Shown: piece after piece, positions 24,676 through 36,580 of the stretch
Layout of the letters: each line of letters starts with the position of its first letter
How positions within the stretch are numbered: the first letter of the stretch is position 1
DNA from: Eledone cirrhosa
Taxonomy: Eukaryota
Assembly: GCA_964016885.1 (NCBI GenBank)
Contig: OZ024740.1
Span: forward strand, 353,958,001-354,022,000
Length of the DNA: 64,000 nt
Reading direction: 5' to 3'
Translations under genes and position numbers: made by a program
The notes under the pieces: generated by a model
What the model was told of the DNA's origin: nothing
The model's database searches: none
Seen by the model: only the letters and a program-made list of their open reading frames with translations

Positions 24676-25623
24676 CTGGTCTACTTAATCAGACTCACCT
24701 GGTCTCCATAAGCAGCAACAAATCGGAAATCTTTATCACTAGAATCGTACCTATATATCAATGACAGTATCCTCATACTATATTGTTTTGTTGTTATTGC
24801 TTTTATTATTTTTGTTCTCTTTTGTTGTGTTGATGTTTGTTGTTTTTTTTTCTTGGTATATGACAAAAATTTAGTGGAAATAAATACAATTGGTATCTTT
24901 TTCAACAGGATTATGAAGGAAAGTGAAAAGGTTTCAGTAAGCTACGAGAGCTCACCTCCATACTGATCATCAAACAATGCCGTCCATAATCAAACTATAA
25001 TTATAATATAATTTTCATTGATCTCGTGTGTGGCTAACTATGGAAATACAGTATAAACGTGACAGTTTATTACGATGGAGTTTATATACACTGGAATCCA
25101 TACTTACGAGTAGAATTCTATTGTTGTTTTGGTAGTGATGATGGTCATAGTGGTTTTGTTTTAGCTTTAAGTACGTAGGATTATATTTCGTTTGCAATAC
25201 TTTTGAAGTAAGCGGTGTGACAATAGTAACATCGAATATTTGAAATTTGATCCGGGTTCATATGTTATTTTAATTGCTTTTGGCAATTTCCACTTTTTCT
25301 CTCCGAAAATATTCTATACTTCCTATTCACTGGAATCCAATTGGTCATCTTCTCCCTCCTCTCTCTTTTGTTTCCTTCTCTTTCAATCATTCACTCACTG
25401 TTGTTTCTTTCCTTTCTTTAGTTTCTCTATTTCTCTCAGATAAAACTATCAGATCTCCGACCAGTTAGATGACTGGCAGTACTAGAGGATTCACAGACCA
25501 TGGTGAGGTGGTTTATCTTGGTTGGAGACTAGTAATACAATCTGATTGGAATATGTGCTGGCTCGGAAAATCCTAATTTTGGAGGTGAAAACGCAATTAA
25601 GAGAGGACTGGGTGTTGCTATAA

Positions 25624-26017
25624 TCTTTATATATATAAAAGCGAGGATGTGTGTGTCTGTGTACAACTTTGGATACCTAAGGCTTTTACAATTACCAACC
25701 GAATTTGACCAAATTTTCTGTGCACGTTGCACAGGTCGCTAAGATGGTCACAGCACAAACATTTTTCCAATCGACCCACGTTGAGCAATAAAAAATCGAT
25801 ATCAAAATTATCGGTAGCAAAATTTATGTAAGGGAGATAACCAACTTTATTGACAATCCTTATGAAAAAAATGGTGATAACCAACTTTATTGACAACCCT
25901 TATAAAGAGACTGCTTATTTTGACAGGTTGGGGACAAATAATGTTCTTCTTTTACTTCCTAGCTGTATATTCTTAGCATAATTTCAAACCCCGAGCAACG
26001 CCGGGTAAATCTGCTAG
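25624..26017 (+). mobile_element. Non-autonomous Helitron
   Basis: A|TC 5' end, subterminal hairpin cccgagcaacgccggg, 3' CTAG|T; internal 28-bp duplication. Confidence 0.8.
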
Positions 26018-26384
26018 TACTAACTAAAGATTAAAATAGTAAATGATTCTACCTCTAGTTATTGTTGCTTCGGAGCTATCAAGATTGAGAACCTCAGAAA
26101 AAGATAGGTGTTCTTAATACATGAGATAAACGTTCTTAATGCACGACTAGAAATAACTCCTTAGTTGGCGCTCGTGAAAGATAGTAAAACAAAGACCGCA
26201 GAGAATTTAAGAGAGCTTTGCAGATGATAAGTATTTTCAGGCCGTGAAAGGGAAGGTCAGTCTTTGTGATGTAATCTTTGGTTTGATGAGGATATGCGTT
26301 AACCTGGAGAGATCCTCAGTAGGGGTGAGTTCTAGTAAATGTAACTGTTCATGTATGTATGTTCATATATAGATACCGACGGGA

Positions 26385-26700
26385 TAATAATTATTTCTAC
26401 ATTTGGCACAAGGCCAGCAATTTGGGAGAGGGAGAAGTCGATTAAATCGAATCCAGTGCATTACTGGTACTTTATTTCATCGACCCCGTAAAATAAAGCA
26501 CCAGTAATGCACTGAGGTTGATTTAATCGACCTTTCCCTACCCCTAATAATTGTTTCTACTTTTGGCACAAGAAAAGCAATTACCCATTGCATTACTGGT
26601 GCTTTATTTTATCGACCCCGTAAGGACGAGAGGCAAGGTTAACCTCGGCGAACTTTGAACTCAGAACTTAAAGGCCATAACTCTATGCTGCAAAGCATGG
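26385..26700. mobile_element. Cluster of three SINE family A pieces (-,+,-)
   Basis: 26385-26490 (-), 26490-26545 (+), 26546-26700 (-). Confidence 0.8.
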
Positions 26701-26963
26701 TGGCTGAAGCACTAGTGATATTGCTAAGTATAGCATTTGTGTATTGTTGAAAGAGGAATAATACCGCAGGAGGATGTTTTCGAAATCTTTGTATATGAAG
26801 TAAGAGGCGGTTTGTTGTCAGATGTTTTGCTTGCATATCGGTATCGCTAGGATGTGTAATGTTCAGGAGGAACGAAGGGTATTATCATGTGTTGGTGCGG
26901 ACTGAATGGTGCATTGCTAAAATAGTAGTGAGGACACACAAATTGGAAAGTGTTACTGAGATG

Positions 26964-27001
<38 letters not shown>

Positions 27002-27007
<6 letters not shown>

Positions 27008-30000
27008 ATACTTTGGGAAGGTCATGTTGCCAATAAGAAACACACGCACCAGTTGCTTTCACTCCAATTTATTATAAATTTTTAAAAAAAATTTTTAATT
27101 TTTATAAATTTCCGGTTGGTTGGTTGGTTCCACAACAGGACGGTTGTTCATATATTGTCAAAGTTCTTTCGTCACGCATTCTATGACCTCTTCAGTGACT
27201 GGGGATTCTTTTCTTTGTTTTGTGCCTCTCCTTTCTTCTGTCCTACGCCATCTTGTTTTTGTGTGTTGTGTGCTTAGTTTGCGCATGTGTTACATCCGGG
27301 TGTCTGTGTGTGTTTTTATTTGTTTATTTATTTGTTTATTTACATGTTACTGGTTGGTTGTTTGTTCTATGTGTGTGTTTTCATTTTGTCCTTAATTGTA
27401 AGTTGTGATGTTGCTATTCCATTCATGTTTTCTATTTAATTTTGGTTGGAGTTTATTTATGTTTATTGCCTCTGTGATTTGTCTAAACATTGCGTCTTTT
27501 CTGTGTGTAGATTTTATTTTTATTTCTATGTTCTCTAATTTGCCCTTATGTTCTATTTTAGCATGTTGGTGGAATATTGATGATTCATTACTATCTTGAA
27601 GCTCTCGCCAGTGTTCATTTAACCGTTCTCCTATACTACGAGCTGTCTCACCTATGTACACTATATTTTTATCTTTACATTGTCCTTCAGTACTATGTTT
27701 CTAGTTTTACAGTTAATATGGGGGTTTGGTTTACAGATTATGCATTTCTTATCTATACAGGCGGGTCTTTGAAAAGGGTATGTATTACTAATAAGTGTTT
27801 TTATGAAGGTACCTTGTCTTTCTACTATCTTAATATTAAGATTAAGTTTATCTAGGGCCCTTCTAAATTTGTAAGCTAATTCACCTCTAGGGTTGTATTG
27901 ATGAACATTACACTCTGGTATTTATTGCTATCATATCATGAGTTTATTCTATTAACCTTATTCCTAGTTCTTTCTATTCTATTCCAAAATTTGCTCCTAT
28001 ACAAGGGCAGGTCCCATTTGTATCATTATTTACCATTTTTTCCCATTTGGTTCTGGCTCCTCTATATACTCTGATTTTATCTCTCTGATTGTAACCAGAG
28101 AACTGCATACGGTGGATGAAGTGTTGTATGTGTCTCTCTAGTTCTTTGGGGTTGCACATGCGGGACACGTTTCTCATCACCCGTACTAAATCCGCAATCA
28201 GTATGTTGATTTTGCTGTGATCCGAAACAGCTGAGTTTCGGTGGATCAGATATTTGGAAGTCATGGGTTTGGCATAATGGGAATGGAGGATTTGTTTTTG
28301 TTATTAATGGTTTCTAACCAGAGCTCTGTGTCTAGTACAGGCAATCGATGGTTGGGGTGTTTGCTTGGGTAGTCTATAGTAACTCTAATACTGTGGTGGA
28401 TGGAGTTATTTGCTGGATGCTTTCCATGGTGTTTTTCTCTAATTCCTGACTGTTCTCTAGTGGGGGTGTTTTTACTACGATGTTTATATCATCAACGTAG
28501 CGAGAGTACATTATCAGGGTTAAGAGGTTGCTGTCTTCTAATTGTTCTTTAAGTTTATTGTCCCACCATACCATGAATAGGTTAGCTATGTCACCTGCAA
28601 TGTTAACACCAATGGCTGCTCCCTCCTCTTGGGCACATGTTTTTCCATTAAATTTGAACATATGTTCCTTAAGGGTTAGTTTTATACTGGCCCCCACCGC
28701 ATGTGCAATCATTTTCTTTAGTTCATCGTAGTTTTCGGGGGTCCGTATGGCTCTGGTCCACCCGTTCCATCTTTCTGTGTGGATTTTCTTGGCCATTGAG
28801 GTAATGGTAGGTGGTCTGCCTCTTGCTGGTCTTGTGGAGCAGAGGTTGCTAAGGTCATACGTATCTAGATATTCATTACAATAAGTAAGTTTAAGTAGGA
28901 GTCTCAGCTCACTGGTATCAATCCCACGGAATTCAACATTGCTCTCACTGATCATTTCTACGCATTTCTCCACAGCAAAATCCACGTCAATGGATGGATA
29001 TAGGGACACAACATCCATACTACCTATTATACAGTCTGTTAGGTCCCTAGATCGGTTATTTTCGCTGATTCTGCTGAGGAGGTCCTCCGTGCTGTCACAT
29101 ATATCCGGGGACATTTCAATGATGGGGCGTATGATCAGGGAGAGGAAGTAGGACAGTCTGTAGTTACTAGCAATGTTAGCTCCACAGACTGGCCGTGTTG
29201 GTGGTCCTGTGACTGGGTCACTGTTCGTCTTATGGTCTTTTCGAAGCCCATACAACGCTGGCACGTCATTGTTCCAGGCCTGGTAGTTGTTGGCAGTCCG
29301 TTTATTGGGCTGCATTATGTTTTTCCACATCATCATATGAGCATTGAGGGTTTTCTCCCTATCCTCATGCTCTTGTGGTGTTGCATTGCCTGGATGTAGT
29401 TTGACAGACTGTCAACCGACATTCTGCCAGACTTGTCTGTTGGAAAGCATACAATTTCCCCATTACGCGAGCGCTGCATGAGCTTACGCAAGCCATTTGC
29501 AGATTTTTCTCTCAGTTGCTGGGCCTCCATTCTATTTTGCTTCTTGCTATACTGTTCTATAATATTTCTAAGTTTAGATCTAGCTATACTAAATTGTGCT
29601 TCTGTTTGTTGATCGACCTGCGACGGCAATTGCGTGCGTTTGTTAAAAGCTAAAGTCCTGCCGTGGACTCGTCGCAGGTCGAAGGACATATCCGAAGGGT
29701 TATAAAAAGTAGAATTCCAAGCTGCTGCTTTATGTGTACTATTGCTGTTGTTATTGCTAGTTGTGTTGTTTCTATTTCTATTTTCACCAACAGCCTCATG
29801 GTTGTTTCTATGTCTCTCATTATTACTCCTGTCTCTTTCCTCTGGCTCATTGTTATTATCTACTCTATTGTGTGTCTGTGTGTTCGTCCTAGTTATTTTC
29901 TCTGTCAGTATCGGTAGTCTCCCTTCTTATTTCAATCCCATTACCTTCCCTTACTTCTATGTTACTGTCATTATCTGTTTTCTGTGTCTGTGTGTCTGTT

Positions 30001-30700
30001 AAGATTGTGGTGGTGGTGAGAGGCATACAATGTGTGTATTGTTGTTGTTGATGTGTGTTGTTATTATTGTTGTGTGTGTTGTTGTTGTTATTGCTGTTTG
30101 TGTCTGTGTCTGTGTCTGTTGTTGTTGTTTCTGAGTATGTTATTATTGTTGTTGTGTGTTGTTGTTGTTAGTTGTTTTTGTCTGTGTGTCTGTTGTTGTT
30201 GGGATGTGCGTGTGTGTGCGTATGTTGTTACTTTTGTTTTTGTTTTTGTTGTTGTTTTTGAGGCTCCAATGTAATTTGGTAAATGATTTTTCTATTTCTG
30301 ACAAGCATCTTATCATATTTACCTTATTATATGTGGCATATTTAGGTGAGAGCTGTAATATGGATAGTTCGTCAGGGTCTACTGTAGTGTTGTTGTATAT
30401 ATTTGTGTTGTTGTTGTTGAATTCATCCGTTAATGAGATGCCGGCCATGTTTATACCATCAATCCTCTTTGGATATTTATCTCTATTCTCTGAAGTTTCT
30501 TAGTTTAGTTTCATCTGTTTGAGCCACTTTAATTTCTTGTTAAAGTGTTTGTTGCATTCTTGATGATGTAATTTTTTTCCTCACGTATAATGTTTAAGTA
30601 TTGTAATTTTTCTCTTGGTGTGGTGATCTTAGTTATTTCTTGTATTAGGTTACGCTTATGTTTTTCTTGATGACTTAATTCCCTGTAAATCTTCTTTTTT
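27002..30700 (-). mobile_element. Near full-length, frameshifted Penelope-like element (RT + Cys-rich linker + GIY-YIG), possibly Naiad-type
   Basis: ALYGLRKDHK, TRPVC, SMDVVSLYPSI, GAAIG..GDIANLFM, YSRYVDD, PLYR..W, CxxxxCxxC..C, YIGETARS, LNRKHEW. Confidence 0.88.
27157..27199 (-). ncRNA. Minimal type I hammerhead ribozyme in PLE pseudo-LTR
   Basis: GUCA-CUGAAGA-G GUCAU...GUGAC-GAAA-GAAC-UU^-UGAC; helix II pairing largely retained despite substitutions vs 10074-10116. Confidence 0.7.
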
Positions 30701-30772
30701 ATTTATTTATTTATATATATATCAATTAAAAAGTTATTTGTCTCTAATACTTAGATTTCTAATGAATTATCA

Positions 30773-30806
<34 letters not shown>

Positions 30807-31139
30807 GCACACGTACTTACACACATATACATAATACATATATATATATATATAAAATAAGTATGTCAAACATTTTAAATTTGGCTTCGTTTATTATATA
30901 TTCTCTGCTATATATATTTAAGTAACAGCTATTATTCGCTGTGACCTCATCAGGCAGTACGAATTAATATAGAAAAAAAAGGTAAACATGTTGTTGAAAT
31001 GTGTTCTACTCTGTCAATTCATCGATATGTCCAGCTCCTGGTGTGTTGTTAGTCTTCCGAGGAACTGGAATCATATATATATATATAAGTATGCACGCGT
31101 ACACATATATATATATATATATAGATATATATATAAGTA

Positions 31140-31480
31140 TGCACACAGATATATACATATGTACGCATGGGTTATATCGAACATTAATAATAATGTTCAA
31201 TTCGTTTGTAAATAAACGGCCCGATTTGAAGCCATGCCGTGTCGGTGACCGATCATCACCTGTTTGTCCAAAACTGGTTTTGAGGAATAATCAACACATT
31301 TCTGGGCCATTACCCTTTATCAGGACTGTATAACTCTGCCAATCTGTTGAACGGTTGGAAATATATAGTAATTTCTTAAGTACACATCGGCTGAGTAGCC
31401 TCATTTGCATACCGAGCGAGTTACAGCTGGCCTTGCCGAATATTAAATATAAAATTAGAATTTTATTTCTCGCCCTAGCG
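31140..31480 (-). mobile_element. Diverged relative of the 456-bp retrozyme-like family
   Basis: Octamer 31403-31410, hammerhead remnant 31287-31329 (CUGAUAA A GGGU AAUG GCCC A GAAA), shared gaacatt..aatgttc hairpin. Confidence 0.7.
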
Positions 31481-31494
31481 TGTGTGTGTATGGT

Positions 31495-31534
31495 ATGTAC
31501 TAGTTTCAAGCTTGTTAGCTATCGTCAGCACCGT
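31495..31534 (-). ncRNA. Hammerhead ribozyme (inverted copy, helix I 3' strand truncated)
   Basis: ACGGUG-CUGACGA-U AGCU AACA AGCU U-GAAA-CUAG-UA^-CAU. Confidence 0.7.
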
Positions 31535-31782
31535 ATACCCTTCTGCCAGATGGTTGAAAGTTCGAAAGTATATACTTTCCTTATGAAAATTAACGGCTGA
31601 GCCGCCTAATTTGCATATCGAGTGAGTTCAGTCGGCCAGGCGCACCGAAAACGATAAATGGAATAGAATGAAACGAACTTTCATTTCTCACTCTTAGTAC
31701 GGCACTTACTTAAATAGGAAAGTATATACTTAATAAGGAAAGTATATACTTTCGAACGTTCAACCATCTGGCAGAAGGGTAT

Positions 31783-31825
31783 ACGGTGCTGACGATAGCT
31801 AACAAGCTTGAAACTAGTACATCGT
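31783..31825 (+). ncRNA. Minimal type I hammerhead ribozyme
   Basis: ACGGUG-CUGACGA-U AGCU AACA AGCU U-GAAA-CUAG-UA^-CAUCGU; palindromic ACUAGU helix III. Confidence 0.85.
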
Positions 31826-32156
31826 TCCTGTGTCAGTGTTGAACAAAAAGGTGACGTGGTTGCTTTAACACCGTACGGCATAAATCAGGCTGTTCGTTTG
31901 TTTACAAACGAACAAAGCGAACATTATAATAAATGTTCGCTAAACTGATACGTACATATATATATATGTGTGCCTGTATGTATATATATACATGCTACTG
32001 TACGTATGTATACATATATGTATACATATATGTATGTACGTATACATGCATACTTACATTTAAGTAAGTGCCGTACTAAGAGTGAGAAATGAAATTTCGT
32101 TTCATTCTATTCCATTTATCGTTTTCGGTGCGCCTGGCCGACTGAACTCACTCGAT

Positions 32157-32209
32157 ATGCAAATTAGGCGGCTCAGCCGTTAATTTTCATAAGGAAAGTA
32201 TATACTTTC
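32157..32209 (+). promoter_or_regulatory. Octamer + TATA-like palindrome upstream of hammerhead
   Basis: ATGCAAAT 32157-32164; GAAAGTATATACTTTC 32194-32209. Confidence 0.5.
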
Positions 32210-32238
32210 GAACGTTCAACCATCTGGCAGAAGGGTAT

Positions 32239-32281
32239 ATGGTGCTGACGATAGCTAACAAGCTTGAAACTAGTACATCGT
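32239..32281 (+). ncRNA. Minimal type I hammerhead ribozyme (second tandem copy)
   Basis: AUGGUG-CUGACGA-UAGCUAACAAGCUU-GAAA-CUAG-UA^-CAUCGU. Confidence 0.85.
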
Positions 32282-32582
32282 TCCTGTGTCAGTGTTGAAC
32301 AAAAAGGTGACGGGGTTGCCTTAACACCGTACGGCATAAATCAGGCTGTCCGTTTGTTTACAAACGAACAAAGCGAACATTATAATAAATGTTCGCTAAA
32401 CTGATACGTACATGTATATATATATGTGTGCCTGTATGTATATATACATGCTACTGTACGTCTGTATACATATATGTATGTACGTATACATACATACTTA
32501 CATTTAAGTAAGTGCCGTATTAAGAGTGAGAAATGAAATTTCGTTTCATTCTATTCTATATATATATATATACATATATATA

Positions 32583-33628
32583 GCGGCTTCCCGCCTACAT
32601 TAGTAATCTTCTCTGGCTTCTTAATATTCTCTACCAGATACTTCGTCTTAATCTCATTCATTCTTAGCCCCACACTCATCGCGACACAGTCTCCACCTCC
32701 TGCATCAAATCCTCTGCCTCCTTCACTGTGTTTGTCACCAGAACTATGTCGTCGGTAAATTCAGCATCCGATATCTTTTTCGCTTTAACTCTCCTGCTCT
32801 GAGTCGGTGTTACAGTAAAGCCAGAGTCCTGGTGTTTCTCCAGCGCAAGGCACATACAATAGACCACTGCGATGATTAAAAGGGTAGGGAGCCAATGTAT
32901 CTCCCTGGAGCACTCCAGCAAGTATCTCAAAGAACTCTGTCATCCCATCAGGTGTAATGACTTGGTCTTTGGTGTTGGTGTAGAGCAGTGATATCAGGTT
33001 CACTATCTTCTTGGGATTCCATAAGCCTGTAAGATCTTCATCAGGCAGTGACGGTCCACTGGATGAGGACTTCCTGTATCTGGGAGTAAAGATTGGGAAT
33101 ATGGAAGATGATGTGGTCGAGAGGAAGAGCAAAGCCTGGGCCACAGCTTGAGATCGGTGTGGAAGTCGGCCCTTCATAAAGACCTGAAGATCCGTCTCTT
33201 CGTTGCTGTAGCGGAGTCTGTGCTGCTGTACGGGTCTGAGCCTTGGACACTTACCAAGAAACTCACTCAGATGGTGGATGGGTGCTACACGAGAATGCTG
33301 AGGATGGCTCTGAGCATTAATCAGTATACAGTAAGGATGAAGAACTCAGAGCTGTGCGGGAGCCTCCTAAAAGTCAGCTCGAAAGTGACACAGAGGAGAC
33401 TGAGGTTAGCTGGACATGCTCACCGACATCCAGAGTTGACACTGCACTCAGTGCTCCTGTGAGAGCCCCTGCATGGACACACTGGAAGAGGAAGACCGAG
33501 ATTAACATATGTTGATGCCCTAAGGACAGACACTGGTCTGTTGGAGACGCAGGACATGGCAGCGATAATGAGGGACAGAGACCACTGGAGAGAACTCGTC
33601 CATGGATCTCGGGAATTTTGCCCGCCCT
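32583..33628. mobile_element. RTE-clade LINE with 5' inversion, inserted in (TA)n
   Basis: Minus part 32583-33062 (VDRH..GVLQGDTLAP..FTDD..GGKPL) continues as plus part 33062-33628 (EDFLYLG..LLYGSEPW..RRLRLAGH..GRPR). Confidence 0.85.
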
Positions 33629-33725
33629 ATATATATATATATATATATAATTGTTGTGGGATTCTTAAAGCGTCCGTATGCGGTAGGCCGTTTGAGCACT
33701 AGGTGATCTTACAGAGCAGAGTATA

Positions 33726-33998
33726 ATATCACATAAGAAACAGAGAATCAGTGGTGCGACAAATTAAAATTTATTAGACATATTACAATCGTTTATCTGG
33801 CGACCAGCTCGAGGCACGATCGATGCGATGAAACTCTGCTTCGAATGATCGAGATGTATCTGAGGATCTTGCGATTTCAGAGTCAGGTTCGATCATCGCA
33901 TCGTTCGTGCCTCGAGCTGGTCGCCAGAGAAACGATTGTAATATGTCTAATAAATTTTAATTCGTCACACCACTGATTCTCTGTTTCTTATGTGATAT
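33726..33998. repeat. Inverted repeat (~105-bp arms, ~63-bp spacer)
   Basis: 33726-33830 vs 33894-33998. Confidence 0.92.
33852..33948 (+). ncRNA. Type I hammerhead ribozyme with long helix II
   Basis: AGAUGUAU-CUGAGGA-UCUuGCGA...UCGCcAGA-GAAA-C GAUU G-UA^-AUAUGUCU, immediately followed by AATAAA. Confidence 0.78.
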
Positions 33999-34112
33999 CT
34001 ATCGCTCTCTCTCTATATATATATATAGTAATAATAATAAATTTGAAGACTAAAATCCAAAGAGGGCTCGATAAGGATAAATATATATCAAATATATAAG
34101 AACCGTAGAGCA

Positions 34113-34405
34113 TAAAAGGTAAACGAAATAACAACACAATCGGTACAGTATATGGAAAGGATATATTAGGTTAACGCTTGATATAGCAGGAAGAGAGTCT
34201 TAACGTTTCAGACGCTAGTCCTTCATCAGAAGAAAGAGAAATAAGATAGATTGAGGGGACGGAGGGGTGGAAAAAATGTCTTCAGATAAAAATAACATGT
34301 ACATTCATGTTGACACCTCTTGCAAAACTGTTGGTGCTGGCGTTTTGTGTATGATTTATTTTTTTAGAAAAGAAGCTGTGAGCAAATGTGTATGTGTGTG
34401 TGTGT
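34113..34405 (-). mobile_element. Solo PLE pseudo-LTR (family of 45000-47643) with hammerhead 34198-34233
   Basis: Reverse complement aligns with ~47360-47643; UCUU-CUGAUGA-A GGAC UAGC GUCU-GAAACGUUA^AGA. Confidence 0.8.
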
Positions 34406-34554
34406 TTTGTTGGTCTGTATAAGCTGTAAAAGTGTGTGCTTCTGACCATAACAGAGCCATAGGAATCTGGGGGATATATACGATTGTTTATATAAAATCA
34501 ATTTTATATCAGTGATTTATAATGATATAATTATTTGTTTTATATTCTTTTTTT

Positions 34555-34955
34555 TTTCTTCTTCGCCCACTTATTCCGGAGAGAATTATGGGGGAAGAGT
34601 CCTCAAATACACCTTCCAACGGGTCCTTTCAGAAGTAACTGTCTCCAACTGTTTCGGCTGGACCCCCAAGCGAGACCAGCCAAGCTCATGAATGTTATCC
34701 AACCATCTTGCTCGGTTGGTTTTGCCCGTAAAACCTTGTCCAGCGATTATTTCATGGGCTATTCTAACCACATGCCCATAGTATCGGAGCTGTGATCTCT
34801 CAATTCGGAGAAGTAATTCGGCTCTATCTGGAGTAACTCTGATCTCCGAGTTACGCACTCTATAGAATAACGTTACTCCAAAGACCCTTCGGAAGAAACC
34901 AATTGCGACGGCTTGAATTCGTGATGGTATTCATTACCCAAGATTCATGACTATA
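34555..34955 (-). mobile_element. RTE-clade LINE 3' end
   Basis: RNSEIR..LRIERSQLRYYGHV..RWLDNI..; ends in a GAA/A-rich tail. Confidence 0.8.
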
Positions 34956-35719
34956 TGGTTGTTTTATATTCTATATTTTTAATTAGTTTTTCTTCCTCTA
35001 TACTCAGTAAGTGGCGCTGAAGTATTTGTCAAAAATGTATAATTTTTCCTTTTTATTTCTCTCTTTTTTCTTTTATTGGTGCATCTGAAAATAAAACGAT
35101 AAAATGTATTGCAAAGGAGTTCCCTCCCTTGACATATACAATTTCTATGAAATAACATATTGGATCATATTAAAATTCAGAGTTACTTCCCTTTGTTTAT
35201 TTGTTCTGTTTTGTTTAACGGAAACAGTTAAGTTTTCTGTTTCGTACACACGCGGGGTCCTGGGTACCACAAGCCACTGGAGAATCAGTTTTCATGCTGT
35301 GTATATCTGAAAAACCCTTCTGATTACACTTATTACATTGGAACGAAGTGAACACGATTGTGTCAGATGTTAAGATGTGAGTCGAAAGAGAAGGTCGTAC
35401 GGCAACGAAACACCTAGTGGCTACATGACTGAAATGAATGCTTTGTGTTTTCATTGATAATGTTTCAGTAAGATTAACTGTACTCTTTAATGCTATTAAG
35501 CAATTGGCTGGACTGTATAGTTTTCTATTCTAGAAATACCCCCCGATGACTGGATGTAAATTAGAAAATAATCGAAGGGATAAGCACGCAAACATCCTAC
35601 TTGTCTTAACGATGATGATTTTGCAACAAAAATCATAAAGCAGATTTTGTTAAACGAGAATTGAAAATTTTAGAATTGCTAAATTTATAAACTGACTATT
35701 TTTTATTAATATTTTGTTA

Positions 35720-35900
35720 GTTATTTCCAAATGTTTGTATTGGTTTGAGAATATTGTTGATTATTCTAGCAACAGTAACCCAAGCATATAAAAACAAATT
35801 GTTGTCTACCATATCTAAATTCATGATTTAACAAGACAGAGTATTATCTTAAGCATTATCAGAGATATCAACTTTTCTAGTCTTTCAAGATTTAAAAAAA
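35720..35900 (+). mobile_element. Possible hAT transposase C-terminal remnant
   Basis: FPNVCIGLRILLII.ATV followed by QDRV-like motif; highly decayed. Confidence 0.35.
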
Positions 35901-36299
35901 ATCGACATAAGCATAGATTTTATTTGTTTTCATTTCTTTTGCAAGGTAAAAAATAAAAACATATTATTGGAGAGACAAATTATCCCAGTTAAAAAAGGTC
36001 ATATATTTTTCAATACATATTTATTAAAATTCAAATTTCTGTTATGTTTTGGTTGTAATAATATAATATACATATATATAAAGCTCGTTGCCCTACAGCG
36101 ATTCTTCCAATGGCACTTCAACCACACTCAGTCATCTGCCTCATCATGAAAACAACTATATTTTGTTTAAGTATAGTCCCTTCACGGATGTATCGTATTA
36201 TTATTGATCAAGAAAGGTAATGCCATTGTGCTCTTTAGTATTGGATCAATCCGTAAAATCATATTATATATATACATGAGATTGAACTTGAATGGCAGC

Positions 36300-36580
36300 A
36301 ATGTTTTGTCAGCCATTGAAAGTCCATCTTCTGCTTTTTAACTCACTCATGTATATAATTAAGTGGCCCAGAATACAACCTCCCCAGCCTCTTCACAGAC
36401 TTCTCCGCTATTGTTGGACGTCAGCATAACTAGTGAAGTCAGTTGCCTATACTATGGAGATCAAGACTGAGAGAGAGCCACCACAAACAACAATGGTCCC
36501 AAGAATGTTCTCTGGGGGACATCACAAATTATTGTTTCCTTTGAGAGGGATCCACTAGCTGCGACAGCATGGCTTCTACC
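36300..36580 (-). mobile_element. CR1/L2-like RT fragment
   Basis: VPQRTFLGPLLFVVAL and TSYAD motifs. Confidence 0.6.

Larger units (their letters stand above)
31495..32556 (+). mobile_element. Non-LTR retrozyme-like array: ~1.8 tandem 456-bp monomers plus an inverted 220-bp copy
   Basis: 31733-32110 repeated at 32189-32556; 31495-31715 is the reverse complement of 32058-32278; each carries a hammerhead. Confidence 0.85.

Noticed and set aside
30926-30958. Minus-strand CTGATGAG hammerhead candidate
   Set aside because: GAAT instead of GAAA; helices do not pair convincingly
33030-33050. Minus-strand CTGATGAAG
   Set aside because: Coding sequence of RTE RT (CLMKIL); no GAAA partner
35215-35454. 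Cys-containing 79-aa ORF as terminal exon (also exon-like pieces at 37500-37800)
   Set aside because: No homology recognised; phases inconsistent
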